From Alphaproteobacteria bacterium (GTDB lineage: Bacteria > Pseudomonadota > Alphaproteobacteria > Rickettsiales > UBA8987), in assembly GCA_031426355.1 (NCBI GenBank), contig JANPLD010000045.1, positions 11,121-75,120 of the forward strand: a DNA stretch of 64,000 nt. Reading direction: 5' to 3'. Shown here one piece after another: positions 1 to 9,769 of this stretch. The notes under the pieces were generated by a model that saw only the letters and a list, made by a program, of their open reading frames with translations, made no database searches and had not been told where the DNA came from. The position numbers were made by a program, and so were the translations under genes. Each line of letters starts with the position of its first letter. The stretch's first letter is position 1.

Positions 1-2
1 TT

Positions 3-392
3 AATAATGAAAAACCTGATGTAACGATAATTTCCTACGGAACGAGATTGCAGGAAGTTCTTATCGCCATAGAAAATCTTCAAAAAAATAATATCAGCGT
101 AGCTGTGATTGATGCAAGATTCGCAAAACCCTTAGATGAGCAATTGATAAAAGATTTCGCTGAAAGATCAAAACTCGTGGTTACAGTTGAAGAAGGTTCG
201 GTGGGTGGCTTCGGGTCTTTCGTGGCAAAACTTCTGACCGATAATGACCTGATAAATAATGTAACAAAATTCAGGCAAATGGTACTTCCTGATATTTTTA
301 TCAATCATGATGAACCTTACAATATGTATAATATTGCAAAACTTAACGCGAAGGATATAGAAGAGTTAGTAAGAAATATTTTGGAAAAATGA
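3..392 (+). CDS. dxs: 1-deoxy-D-xylulose-5-phosphate synthase, C-terminal part (gene starts before window)
   Basis: Frame open from base 3; DVTIISYGTRL, VIDARFAKPLD and VTVEEGSVGGFGS are typical DXS C-terminal motifs. Confidence 0.93.
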   Translation, partial: NNEKPDVTIISYGTRLQEVLIAIENLQKNNISVAVIDARFAKPLDEQLIKDFAERSKLVVTVEEGSVGGFGSFVAKLLTDNDLINNVTKFRQMVLPDIFINHDEPYNMYNIAKLNAKDIEELVRNILEK

Positions 393-1591
393 GATTTATA
401 AAAACTGCGTTTTTATTATCGGCTTTATTATATACTACCGTTTCCCTTGCGGAAAGTAGGCCGCAGTCACAGAACCAGCAATATAAAACGACGAAAACAC
501 CATTTGCGATCGGGCAATCAGGTGTAACGCAAAAAGTTATCAAAAGGCCTGTAGTAACTCAAGCGAAAAAAGTTGAAGCGCAACTTAATATTCCAAAACC
601 TGCAAGTTTGAATCAGGGTTATAATCAGGTAAAGCAGATAGTTCAGGTAAAAAAACATCAGGAAAAAACTGCTGCAATAGCAGAGAAGGAAAAACCAAAA
701 ACAAATATCCAGGTACAGCAGCACGGTGATACTGTTTTTGATTTTATCGAAAGAAGTAACGCCGAAGAAAATAATAAAGCTGGTTTACAAAAACCTATTG
801 CTCAGAAAGCGCAACTTGCAAAAGTTGCTCCAAAATATGCACCTAAAGCTATACCAATAATAGCACCGGCAATTGCCAAAGCTTACGTAAAAAAACTCCG
901 CAAGGCAGTAGTGGTTATTGATCCCGGCCATGGTGGTAAAGATCCTGGCGCTACTGGTAAACTTGGCAATAAAGAAAAGAACGTAGTTCTTGCATATAGC
1001 CGCGCCCTTCGTGATGAACTTAATAAAACAGGCAGGTACATCGTTCGCATGTCCCGTGATAATGATACTTTCGTACCGCTTCCGAACAGGGTAAAAATGG
1101 CGCGTAAATTTGGCGGCGACATTCTTATATCGATCCATGCCGATTCAAATCCTAATAAGGAAACGCGTGGGTTCTCAATCTATACTATCTCAAAGAACCG
1201 AGTTGACAGGGAAGCAAAAAAACTCCTCGCCCAATCTGATTATGAAGAGGTCGTGCGTGGTATTCAGCTAAAAGGCCAGTCAAACGATGTTAAGCAGGCT
1301 ATCATTGATTTTGCGCAGGTACAGACCAAAGACGTTTCAGATGAATTATCCAGAATATTCGCAAAAAACCTCGGCCGTAAAGCAAAGCCACTTCCTAAAT
1401 CAAACCGCGAAGCTTCCCTCGCAGTCTTAACCGCGGCCGATTTACCATCAGTATTGGTAGAACTTGGATATCTTTCCAACACTTATGAAGAAAGGCTGCT
1501 GGCAACTTCTCAGCACCGCCAGAAGATTGTATTATCTATGGTTAGTGCTATAGATGAGTATTTTAAAACCTACGATTATTTATTAGAATGA
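389..1591 (+). CDS. amiC: N-acetylmuramoyl-L-alanine amidase (Amidase_3)
   Basis: Signal peptide; VVIDPGHGGKDPGA, ISIHADS and VLVELGYLSN zinc-amidase motifs; ATGA overlap with dxs. Confidence 0.9.
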   Translation: MRFIKTAFLLSALLYTTVSLAESRPQSQNQQYKTTKTPFAIGQSGVTQKVIKRPVVTQAKKVEAQLNIPKPASLNQGYNQVKQIVQVKKHQEKTAAIAEKEKPKTNIQVQQHGDTVFDFIERSNAEENNKAGLQKPIAQKAQLAKVAPKYAPKAIPIIAPAIAKAYVKKLRKAVVVIDPGHGGKDPGATGKLGNKEKNVVLAYSRALRDELNKTGRYIVRMSRDNDTFVPLPNRVKMARKFGGDILISIHADSNPNKETRGFSIYTISKNRVDREAKKLLAQSDYEEVVRGIQLKGQSNDVKQAIIDFAQVQTKDVSDELSRIFAKNLGRKAKPLPKSNREASLAVLTAADLPSVLVELGYLSNTYEERLLATSQHRQKIVLSMVSAIDEYFKTYDYLLE

Positions 1592-2520
1592 ATTTAGCCC
1601 TTAATATAAAAAATCTTAATAAAACCTATACTTCGAAATTCTTGAAGCAGAATAAAACTGCGCTTGATAATATCTCACTTGAAATACCACAGGGATCGTT
1701 CTTCGGGTTGCTCGGGCCAAACGGCGCGGGGAAATCAACCCTGATAAATATTATAGCCGGGCTTGTGATCAAAACCTCCGGCAATGTTGAGATAAACGGT
1801 ATTGATCTTGATAAAGAACCGGAAAAAGTTCGTGCTTCGGTTGGCATAGTGCCGCAGGAAGTTGTGATAGACCCATTCTTCAATGTTTATGATACGCTGG
1901 AATATTATGCGGGATATTATGGTATCCCAAAAGGCCAGAGAAAAACTGATGAAATATTAAAAGCATTGAACCTTATAGATAAAAAAGATTTTAACCCGCG
2001 CAGATTATCAGGTGGTATGAAGCGCCGCCTGCTTATCGCTAAAGCCCTTGTTCATACTCCACCGATAATAATACTGGATGAACCAACAGCCGGGGTAGAT
2101 GTTGAACTCCGCCAGCAATTATGGGATTATGTGAAAGAACTTAACAGGCGGGGTACAACCATTTTGTTAACTACCCATTACCTCGAAGAAGCCGAGCAGT
2201 TATGCGATAAGATAGCCGTAATAAACCATGGCAAGATCATCGCCAATGATACAACGCAGAATCTTAAATCCACCCTTGGTGTAAAAAAGATAATATTCAA
2301 ATTCTCAAACCAGATATCTTCTGAACCTGACTTCCTGAAAAATACTTCTTACGAGAAAACTGATAATAATTACGCCATTAAGATAACTTATAATAAGGAA
2401 GATTCTTTAGATAAGATAATCTCAGGCTTTACTAACTCAGGCCTTATCATAAAAGATATAACTTCGGAAGAATCAGACCTTGAAGATGTATTTAAGATAT
2501 TAGTGAATAAAAAATTTTAA
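1588..2520 (+). CDS. ABC transporter ATP-binding protein (YadG/DrrA-like)
   Basis: Walker A GPNGAGKS, signature LSGGMKRR, Walker B IILDEPT, H-loop TTHY. Confidence 0.93.
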   Translation: MNLALNIKNLNKTYTSKFLKQNKTALDNISLEIPQGSFFGLLGPNGAGKSTLINIIAGLVIKTSGNVEINGIDLDKEPEKVRASVGIVPQEVVIDPFFNVYDTLEYYAGYYGIPKGQRKTDEILKALNLIDKKDFNPRRLSGGMKRRLLIAKALVHTPPIIILDEPTAGVDVELRQQLWDYVKELNRRGTTILLTTHYLEEAEQLCDKIAVINHGKIIANDTTQNLKSTLGVKKIIFKFSNQISSEPDFLKNTSYEKTDNNYAIKITYNKEDSLDKIISGFTNSGLIIKDITSEESDLEDVFKILVNKKF

Positions 2521-3158
2521 AGATATCTCCACCAATGTTCTTCATTTAGTGAGAATATCGGGCTGTAATGATATATCTTCTTATCACGTATCACGCTGCT
2601 GATCTGGTTATCCAGTATAAATATGTCATCTCCGCTATAGACCGCCAGAACCGAATGATAAGCTCCAAGGTTATTATCATATAATATAAGTACCCTCATA
2701 TCATCTGCGGAAAATCCAAGCGCTTTAAGTGATAGATATTTTATTATTGCATAATCTTCGCAATCACCTGTCTTAAACAGAAATTCCCCCGGCGATTCCC
2801 AGTAATCTTCGAGTCCCCAATTGTCCATATCAATAGTATATTTCTTTTTATTAATGTAACTGTTGATCTTCTTTAACTGCGTCATCTTCTTATTTTTCGA
2901 AAGGGAACTGACAAAATCCTGCCATGATTTTATATTACAGTAAAAGTCCTTTTTATTCTTTAAACATTTCTTTTCGTAAACATCTTTCTCTTCAGAGTGT
3001 TTTTTCAGCGCATCAACCCATTTGGGAAATTCACTTATACCGTCATTCTCAGTCTCATTTTTATTGAAAAGTTTGGGATTTGCGTAACAATTGGCGCAAA
3101 GAAAAATTACGTTAAGGAAGATTATTAGTGCAAAAATATTGTAGGCTATTAATCTCAT
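2517..3158 (-). CDS. Transglutaminase-like cysteine peptidase (BTLCP/C93, LapG-like), periplasmic
   Basis: Signal peptide; D-x2-NWGLEDYWESPGEF, GDCEDYAI (Cys), YHSVL (His), ILDN (Asp) triad. Confidence 0.9.
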   Translation of the reverse strand: MRLIAYNIFALIIFLNVIFLCANCYANPKLFNKNETENDGISEFPKWVDALKKHSEEKDVYEKKCLKNKKDFYCNIKSWQDFVSSLSKNKKMTQLKKINSYINKKKYTIDMDNWGLEDYWESPGEFLFKTGDCEDYAIIKYLSLKALGFSADDMRVLILYDNNLGAYHSVLAVYSGDDIFILDNQISSVIRDKKIYHYSPIFSLNEEHWWRYL

Positions 3159-3189
3159 CCCTGTTCACATAAATTATAAATAAACGCCT

Positions 3190-5178
3190 ATGTCGGAAAC
3201 TAATAAAATCAATAAAAGTTTTCTAGTATTATCGCTTGTATATATTGCGGTTGCATCTCTTATTATAATCACGGTGTATTTTTACTCCAAGAATAATTTT
3301 GAAAAAGAGATAGCAAGGCTTCAAACTGAGATTTCCACCAATAGTGAGATAAAATTAAACAATCTGAAAAAATGGATTGTTTCAAAGCGTGATTCCATTG
3401 AATCTGTGAGTGATAATCTTTCCGTAAGAATGTATCTTTCTGAGAATAATGAAGAATCTCCATTAGATGAAAAACTTGCCCAGGAACAGTTCATCAGGAA
3501 TTACCTTGTGTCAGAAGCCCGAAAAACAGGTTTTTCCAACCCTGCCAATAATAATATAAAAGCAAATGTTACCAGTGATTCTGATTCCGCACTTGCAATA
3601 TTTAATGCTGATGAATCACAGGTTATTGCACTTGGAATGCAGAAAAATACTGACGGAATATATAAAACGATAAGTAAACCCTCCTCATACAGTAGTTACT
3701 TCAAGGTATTGTTCTCAGGTGATAATCAGAAATCATACGTAATTTTCCTTAAATCTATAAAGCACATCCAGTCTGATGGAAAGGTTGGTTATGTAATGGG
3801 TATAAAAAAGCTTGATGATGAATTTTTTGACATAGCAAACTTTCCGCCTGATAGCACAAAATTCTCAAGAACAGATATAGTAGTTAAGGAAAAAGATGGG
3901 CTAGTTCTACTAAACAGTAAAATTGGTAATGCCTATGAAAGGCTTTCATATAGTAACCAGCAACAATCTATAGCTGAGCTGGAAGCCATAAAACAAAAGG
4001 GTGATATAGTTGAGAAATTCAATAGAAAATCAGAAAAGGTTTTCTCTCTCGCCAAGAAAATATATGGCAATGTTTATATCATTTACAGTATCAATCAAGA
4101 TCTGGCGCTTAAAACGGCGAAGGATTTCCATAGAAACCTTATATTCATAACCAGCCTAATAGTTGTATCTATAGGCCTGTTAATGCTACTGGTATGGCGT
4201 CACAGCAGCTCTGTTAAATATCGCAGGATATCTTCTGAGCTTAATAAGCAAACAAATCTGTTAAAGCTTGTTACCGATAACCAACTGCAATCAATGTTCC
4301 TGCTTTCCGATAATGAAAATGTAGTTTTTGCTAACAAAACATTCCTTAATAAAAATCATCTCACTATAGAAGATGTTTTAGATAAACCTCTTTCGAACGT
4401 TGTTGGTGCAAGCCTTTCTAAGGAGTATATTGAAACCTCAAAAATAGATTATGAAAACCCTGTTATTATTACAAAAAGGGTAGGGGATGAAGGCAATATT
4501 TCTTACATACAAAGAAAATGCGTGCCGGTAAATAATATCGCAGATGAAGGCAGAACTTACCATCTGTTCGCTGAGAACGACATCACCGCTTTGATGAAAG
4601 AAAGACAAAAATATGAAGCGAATTTAAATAATGTGATCGAGACCCTAATAAGGATAATTGAGCAGCGCAGTTCTTATTTTCATAATCATTCGCAACAGCT
4701 TTCAGAGCTTAGTATTGCAGTTGCAGAATCCCTCAAGGTTGATGAAAGAATAAGGCGTGCTGTAGAGATTGCTTCTAAACTTTGCAACCTTTATCTGGCC
4801 CTTCTCCCAAGAGATCTGATAAATAAACAGAATAAACTTTCAGAAGATGAGAGAAGGATGTTTGAAGAATTCCCTAATAAAACCATTGAGATAATTAGGG
4901 ATCTTGAATTTGATGCTCCTGTAATAGAGACTCTTACGCAAATAGCTGAAAGGCCAGATGGTACAGGCCCAAGCAACTTAAGCGATTCCCATATTATTGA
5001 AAGCGCCAAGATACTTAAGGTAGTAAACGACTATATCGCAATGATAAGTGACAGGCCTTACCGCAGCAAAATGTCACCTGATATTGCTATAGACATGCTG
5101 CTAAAAGAGAAGGATAAAAAATACTCAAGCAGAGTTATCTTCGCTCTCGCTAACTATATTGATAACAAGGATAAATAG
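3190..5178 (+). CDS. Membrane protein with periplasmic domain, PAS-like region and degenerate HD-GYP domain
   Basis: Two TM helices flank a ~280 aa periplasmic region; C-terminus aligns to HD-GYP (QIAERPDGTGP, MISDRPYR) but HD is replaced by CN and HHE/GYP are altered. Confidence 0.82.
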   Translation: MSETNKINKSFLVLSLVYIAVASLIIITVYFYSKNNFEKEIARLQTEISTNSEIKLNNLKKWIVSKRDSIESVSDNLSVRMYLSENNEESPLDEKLAQEQFIRNYLVSEARKTGFSNPANNNIKANVTSDSDSALAIFNADESQVIALGMQKNTDGIYKTISKPSSYSSYFKVLFSGDNQKSYVIFLKSIKHIQSDGKVGYVMGIKKLDDEFFDIANFPPDSTKFSRTDIVVKEKDGLVLLNSKIGNAYERLSYSNQQQSIAELEAIKQKGDIVEKFNRKSEKVFSLAKKIYGNVYIIYSINQDLALKTAKDFHRNLIFITSLIVVSIGLLMLLVWRHSSSVKYRRISSELNKQTNLLKLVTDNQLQSMFLLSDNENVVFANKTFLNKNHLTIEDVLDKPLSNVVGASLSKEYIETSKIDYENPVIITKRVGDEGNISYIQRKCVPVNNIADEGRTYHLFAENDITALMKERQKYEANLNNVIETLIRIIEQRSSYFHNHSQQLSELSIAVAESLKVDERIRRAVEIASKLCNLYLALLPRDLINKQNKLSEDERRMFEEFPNKTIEIIRDLEFDAPVIETLTQIAERPDGTGPSNLSDSHIIESAKILKVVNDYIAMISDRPYRSKMSPDIAIDMLLKEKDKKYSSRVIFALANYIDNKDK

Positions 5179-5275
5179 TTAACCAGAGTTATTGATACAT
5201 TAGATACTGTATCAAATACCTGCGTAAGGCAAGTTATCTAGGTGCGAACAACAACGCAAAACCTTTGGCTAGCTA

Positions 5276-5328
5276 GATTCCCGCCTCTCGCCGCGCTAGC
5301 GCCGGCGCAGCGGGTTGCGGGAATGACA
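5276..5328. repeat. GC-rich REP/RPE-like palindrome between convergent genes
   Basis: ATTCCCGC (5277-5284) pairs with GCGGGAAT (5317-5324), with nested palindrome GCGCCGGCGC; resembles GTCATTCCCGC...GCGGGAATC-type proteobacterial REP elements. Confidence 0.65.
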
Positions 5329-5403
5329 CAGCAGTTTTGATTTTGTTTAGAGAGCTAATTGTTTTATAAGAAAGAAAATATTTTCCTTATTCGTAAAAGA
5401 TAA

Positions 5404-6462
5404 TTACTTACCGTAGATCTGGAACGCTTGGGACTGATAACCCTGAACCAAACTTGCAGGCGCAGGCTTATTATTATAATTCCTTGAGCTGTTATTAAGT
5501 GCAAAATTAATAGCCTGTTTTGTTATTATTTTATTTTGTTGCGCAACCTGCGTAACAACCGGTTTATTAATTACTTTAGCGTTATTAACAGCTACGTTAT
5601 TGATTGCAGAAGAACCACCGTTTAGTAATGCAAAATTACTATCAAGGATATTTTTCATATAATCATCACGGGTTTTTGCAGTCCTGCCGCCCATAACAAC
5701 TCCAACTAGGCTTTTGCCATTCCTTTCTGCATTAAGGGCTAGGTTAAATCCTGATGCCATTATATAACCGGTTTTACCAGCTTTCGCGCCGGCATATGTT
5801 TTCATAAGCTGGTTATGTCCACCAAAATCTTGGCGTTTATAAGAGAATGATTTAAGTGAAAGCATATTATAATAGCCAGGGAAGTCGCGTTTAAGTGCTA
5901 CCATAAGCCTCGCCATATCTTTCGCAGTAGTTACCTGTTTAGAATTAGGGAGGCCAGAAGCATTAGAAAAATTAGTATTATTCATTCCAAGATAACGCGC
6001 AGTTTTCGTCATCATTGCCGCGAAAGTATTTTCACTTCCACTGATCTTTTCTGCAAGCACAACAGCAGAATCATTAGCTGAAAGTACAACAACGCTTCTG
6101 ATAAGGTCTACAACTTTGATTTTCTCGCCAGCTCTGAGAGCAAGGTTCATTCTTGGTTGTGACGCAGCATGACGAGAAACAGTTACTGTTTCTTCCATAT
6201 TTAATCTTTTGTCCCTGAGCGCTTCAAACGTCAGGTATAAAGTCATCATTTTCGTAAGTGAAGCAGGGTACCTTTTTACATTAGCATTTGTCTGCTGAAG
6301 TATATCTCCGGTATTTGCATCCACCACAAGTGCAGCGTATTTATCAGGGTAAAATGAATTATATATATTGCTTTGCTTGGAGAAGCTGCTTTCAGAAATA
6401 AAAGTAAGACCGAGGAACGTAATTAAAGTAACAGTTGAGAACAAAAGCTTTTGTATGCGCAT
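5404..6462 (-). CDS. D-alanyl-D-alanine carboxypeptidase (peptidase S11)
   Basis: SxxK (ASLTK), SxN (SAND), KTG (KTGY); start moved to MRIQK at 6462, which gives a signal peptide. Confidence 0.92.
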   Translation of the reverse strand: MRIQKLLFSTVTLITFLGLTFISESSFSKQSNIYNSFYPDKYAALVVDANTGDILQQTNANVKRYPASLTKMMTLYLTFEALRDKRLNMEETVTVSRHAASQPRMNLALRAGEKIKVVDLIRSVVVLSANDSAVVLAEKISGSENTFAAMMTKTARYLGMNNTNFSNASGLPNSKQVTTAKDMARLMVALKRDFPGYYNMLSLKSFSYKRQDFGGHNQLMKTYAGAKAGKTGYIMASGFNLALNAERNGKSLVGVVMGGRTAKTRDDYMKNILDSNFALLNGGSSAINNVAVNNAKVINKPVVTQVAQQNKIITKQAINFALNNSSRNYNNKPAPASLVQGYQSQAFQIYGK

Positions 6463-6688
6463 AATAAAATTAACTTTGTAATTTTTAAGATTATTCAAAC
6501 AATAGCAAACAAAAATTCTGAAGACGCAAGTGCCTGCTAGAGAGAGCCTGTTTAACCCATTATACATTATAATAAAGCAAAAATCTAACCACTTATATGC
6601 TTATAACTGGAAAAACCATACAGTATGCGGTTTAAAGACCACAAATTTTCTAATTACCGAAAATTTGATTAAAATTATCAGTATATAT

Positions 6689-9634
6689 TTAATGAAAATT
6701 GGGGTTTTGACTTCTTTTTACTTCATCGGGATTTTTTCCTAAAGCCAATAAAGAAAAGTTTTTAGCACTTTCCCCTTTAAAGCCTATTCTTTTAGAAACC
6801 GCCTGTATAAGAAGAGTTTCATCAGTATTATATCCCCGCTCCCAACCACTTACTGACACATCGCTTATTCCTTTAACTACTTTTCCTGATCTTTCAAATT
6901 CTAATGATTTTGCAAAATCCACCTGGGTAATATTTGAGCCTGATTGCAAGCCTTCCCTTAGGCGTGCTTCTCTGACTATATCGCCCCATTTCAAAGCAGT
7001 TTTATTTTGCAATATGTCATTGAGCATTTCTTCCGGTGTTCTGATGGCCGGTATTGCTTCCAGCATTAATGCCGTATGATAGGCAAGGGTTTTGTCTGAA
7101 ATAAGATAGCTGACAGTTGCCCATTTTTTCTCCACATTTAAAGGAAATGAGATTTGCTTTTGATATCTTGAGAGGTTTTCTCCTATAGCTCTTATATTGC
7201 TATCTGATAATTCTTTTCCCGATCTATTTAGAAATTCTATAGAATAAGCCCTTAGTGATTCAATATTTTTTAATGATATAAGTTCAGTAAGGAAATTCCT
7301 TGGTAATTGATCTTTAAATTCATTTAATTTTTGTCCAAAATCTGTTTTTTCTTTATCACTTATAATAGTTTGATAATTCAAAATAAGTTTTGCGATCTCT
7401 TTTTCTTCACCTGAATATTTATTTATATCTATGGTGCGGTCTATATTATCAGGATTATTATATTTGAACTCATTTTGCGATTCTTCAACCTTCTCCTTAA
7501 GAAGTTTATCCAACTGTTTTAACGGTTTTTCCTTATTAACAGGATATTGAGAATAAATAAATTCCCGTATTAATTTTTTGTTAAATAGTTTTTTATATTC
7601 AGTTCTTGCTAATAATCTTTCGAAAGTTTCTAATATAGTTTTTAAATTATTAGGTTGCGGTAAAGCTCCTGTAATAACATAATTTTCTGAGCTTAGACCT
7701 CTAAGCTCACGATTAAGTTTTTTATATCCAAGCTGAGTTGCCTCCTTAAGGGCTGCAAACAAATTTTGAACTGTTGAAGGTTCCTGCAATTCAGAAATTA
7801 TAAAGGCTTTCTTATAATCTTCAAAAACTATATCACTAGCTGTATCTGATGCTTGGTTATCTAATTTTATATATTGTTCTTTAGTAGAAACTTTTTCTTT
7901 TACTAGCTTAACCAGGTTCTTTTCCTTTTCTCTTACAGTAGGTTTTGGTCTTTCCTTAGTTAATATTGGCTTTAAAACAGGCTTTTGTACAAGAGCTTTT
8001 AAGAATTGCTTTTTATCTATTTTATTATCTGTCGGAATTGCCAAGAAAATTTTTTCTGCATCTTCAATTTTTAATAAATTATTATTAGCTAAATATGATA
8101 AGGTTGCACTAGGTATATCAATGTTTTTTCTTCCAATAATTTTTAGAATTAAATTAAGCGCAATTTTAGAAGTAATTAATCCCGATTCTGTATCATTTAT
8201 AATAGACTGAATATTTTTTTTGATTTTAAATGAAAAATCATTTGAAAAAATCTCACCTGTTTCTTTCGAAAGTCCGATTACATTAGCAAATGCTAAGCCA
8301 ATTTTTTTTACTGCCTGATGGTGATACATAATTCCATCTGTCACAACTCTGTTTATATAGAAATTTACATGGTTAAAATGAAATTCCTTATCTAAAAAGT
8401 TGTTTATTAATGTATGATAATCAGCATTATTTAAAGCTCTTTGCTCAATATCAATTAAAATTAATTCTTTCGGCATAAATTGATTGTTTAAATAAGCTTT
8501 TTCCAGTCCATTAGGGCTATAAAATTTATGCCTTTGCCTTAATAAAGCTTGCAAAAGGTTTGAATCATCTCTGGTTAGTTGAAATTCCTGACTGATAGCT
8601 AATGATAATTTAAGTGCATTTGCTCTATCTGGAATGACATTATTTTCTTTTAAATAAAATTCCAAATTTCTACTGGGAAAATTATATTTGCGCGAAAATT
8701 CACTTATATTAACTTTCGCAAATATAGAGTTTAATAATGCCCCTATAAAAACTTTTGATTCCTTAAGATTATTTTTTATTTCTATAGATGTTTCTTTTAA
8801 TAAATTATGAACATTAAAATTACTTCTTCCGTAAAAGATATTTCTTAAAATTATATTTTGATTATCAGTTAATGGAAATGTATTTGCGAACTTATTAATT
8901 GTTACACTTTGAATAACTTCTGATTTTTGATTAAAAGAACGCCAGAAACTTCTATGATCTATAGGAAGTAAATCAAAAATTCTCCGATTTCCAAGCCCCC
9001 ACACTATGGATAAGGCAGGGATTAAGCTATGGTAATTAGTAATATTTCTACTTTGAAATTCGTCTAAAACCATACCAAAAGTTGGCATATGATAACAATT
9101 CTTTCCTTTATGAAGAGATGATAGTTTTAAATAAAATTGCCTATCTTTTTCTATAAAACTTTTATCCAGTGGAACAAGAAACTTTTTTGTTCTTAATCTA
9201 TCGTTTTCATTAAATTGAATTTCTCTGAAGTGGAGTTTCATAAATGATTTTTCATTTATGATGCCATAGGCTTCTAATCTATAACTGAAATATTGTGCAA
9301 GGTTATGATCAGGTAGTTCATCTCCTGTTAAAATATTTGTTATTTTAGCTAAACTTATTCTATCTTTTAAACCTATGTTATTCAAAAAGTCAGGTATATT
9401 TTCTGAGTTTAAGTGGTTATATAATTCAAGTAATTGGTCTTTAACTGAAATGCGCTCTTCAGATGACTTGGAATACATGATCCCAAGTCTATCCTGCTTT
9501 CCTTCATCTGTATATTCTTCATAATACTGGCCCTTTCTAAGATCTTCCTGAACAACTTCCTCATATTCGGCAAAAGGGTCTTCCTCATCAAAAAGACTAT
9601 CAAGATATTTCTGCCATTTAAGTTTTTTCTCCAT
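6689..9634 (-). CDS. Large hypothetical protein with C-terminal XRE-type HTH and several degenerate HTH-like segments
   Basis: 981 aa uninterrupted ORF; WGDIVREARLREGL...TQVDFAKSL...SVSGWERG is XRE-like. Confidence 0.6.
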   Translation of the reverse strand: MEKKLKWQKYLDSLFDEEDPFAEYEEVVQEDLRKGQYYEEYTDEGKQDRLGIMYSKSSEERISVKDQLLELYNHLNSENIPDFLNNIGLKDRISLAKITNILTGDELPDHNLAQYFSYRLEAYGIINEKSFMKLHFREIQFNENDRLRTKKFLVPLDKSFIEKDRQFYLKLSSLHKGKNCYHMPTFGMVLDEFQSRNITNYHSLIPALSIVWGLGNRRIFDLLPIDHRSFWRSFNQKSEVIQSVTINKFANTFPLTDNQNIILRNIFYGRSNFNVHNLLKETSIEIKNNLKESKVFIGALLNSIFAKVNISEFSRKYNFPSRNLEFYLKENNVIPDRANALKLSLAISQEFQLTRDDSNLLQALLRQRHKFYSPNGLEKAYLNNQFMPKELILIDIEQRALNNADYHTLINNFLDKEFHFNHVNFYINRVVTDGIMYHHQAVKKIGLAFANVIGLSKETGEIFSNDFSFKIKKNIQSIINDTESGLITSKIALNLILKIIGRKNIDIPSATLSYLANNNLLKIEDAEKIFLAIPTDNKIDKKQFLKALVQKPVLKPILTKERPKPTVREKEKNLVKLVKEKVSTKEQYIKLDNQASDTASDIVFEDYKKAFIISELQEPSTVQNLFAALKEATQLGYKKLNRELRGLSSENYVITGALPQPNNLKTILETFERLLARTEYKKLFNKKLIREFIYSQYPVNKEKPLKQLDKLLKEKVEESQNEFKYNNPDNIDRTIDINKYSGEEKEIAKLILNYQTIISDKEKTDFGQKLNEFKDQLPRNFLTELISLKNIESLRAYSIEFLNRSGKELSDSNIRAIGENLSRYQKQISFPLNVEKKWATVSYLISDKTLAYHTALMLEAIPAIRTPEEMLNDILQNKTALKWGDIVREARLREGLQSGSNITQVDFAKSLEFERSGKVVKGISDVSVSGWERGYNTDETLLIQAVSKRIGFKGESAKNFSLLALGKNPDEVKRSQNPNFH

Positions 9635-9769
9635 AAATCTGGGAGAGGTTATTGAAGGTTAATACTTGAGTAACATAGAGTAATATTAATTAAGGTAAAT
9701 TATCATGCAACTGATTGCTGTAATTACCAACCCGATTAGTTTTTATAATCAAATTCTAATTTATTTGTA

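Noticed and set aside
5404-6567. Longest-ORF starts for several genes (6567, 12016, 38072, 47962, 50474, 57223)
   Set aside because: Downstream ATGs give family-typical N-termini, signal peptides or RBS; starts were trimmed
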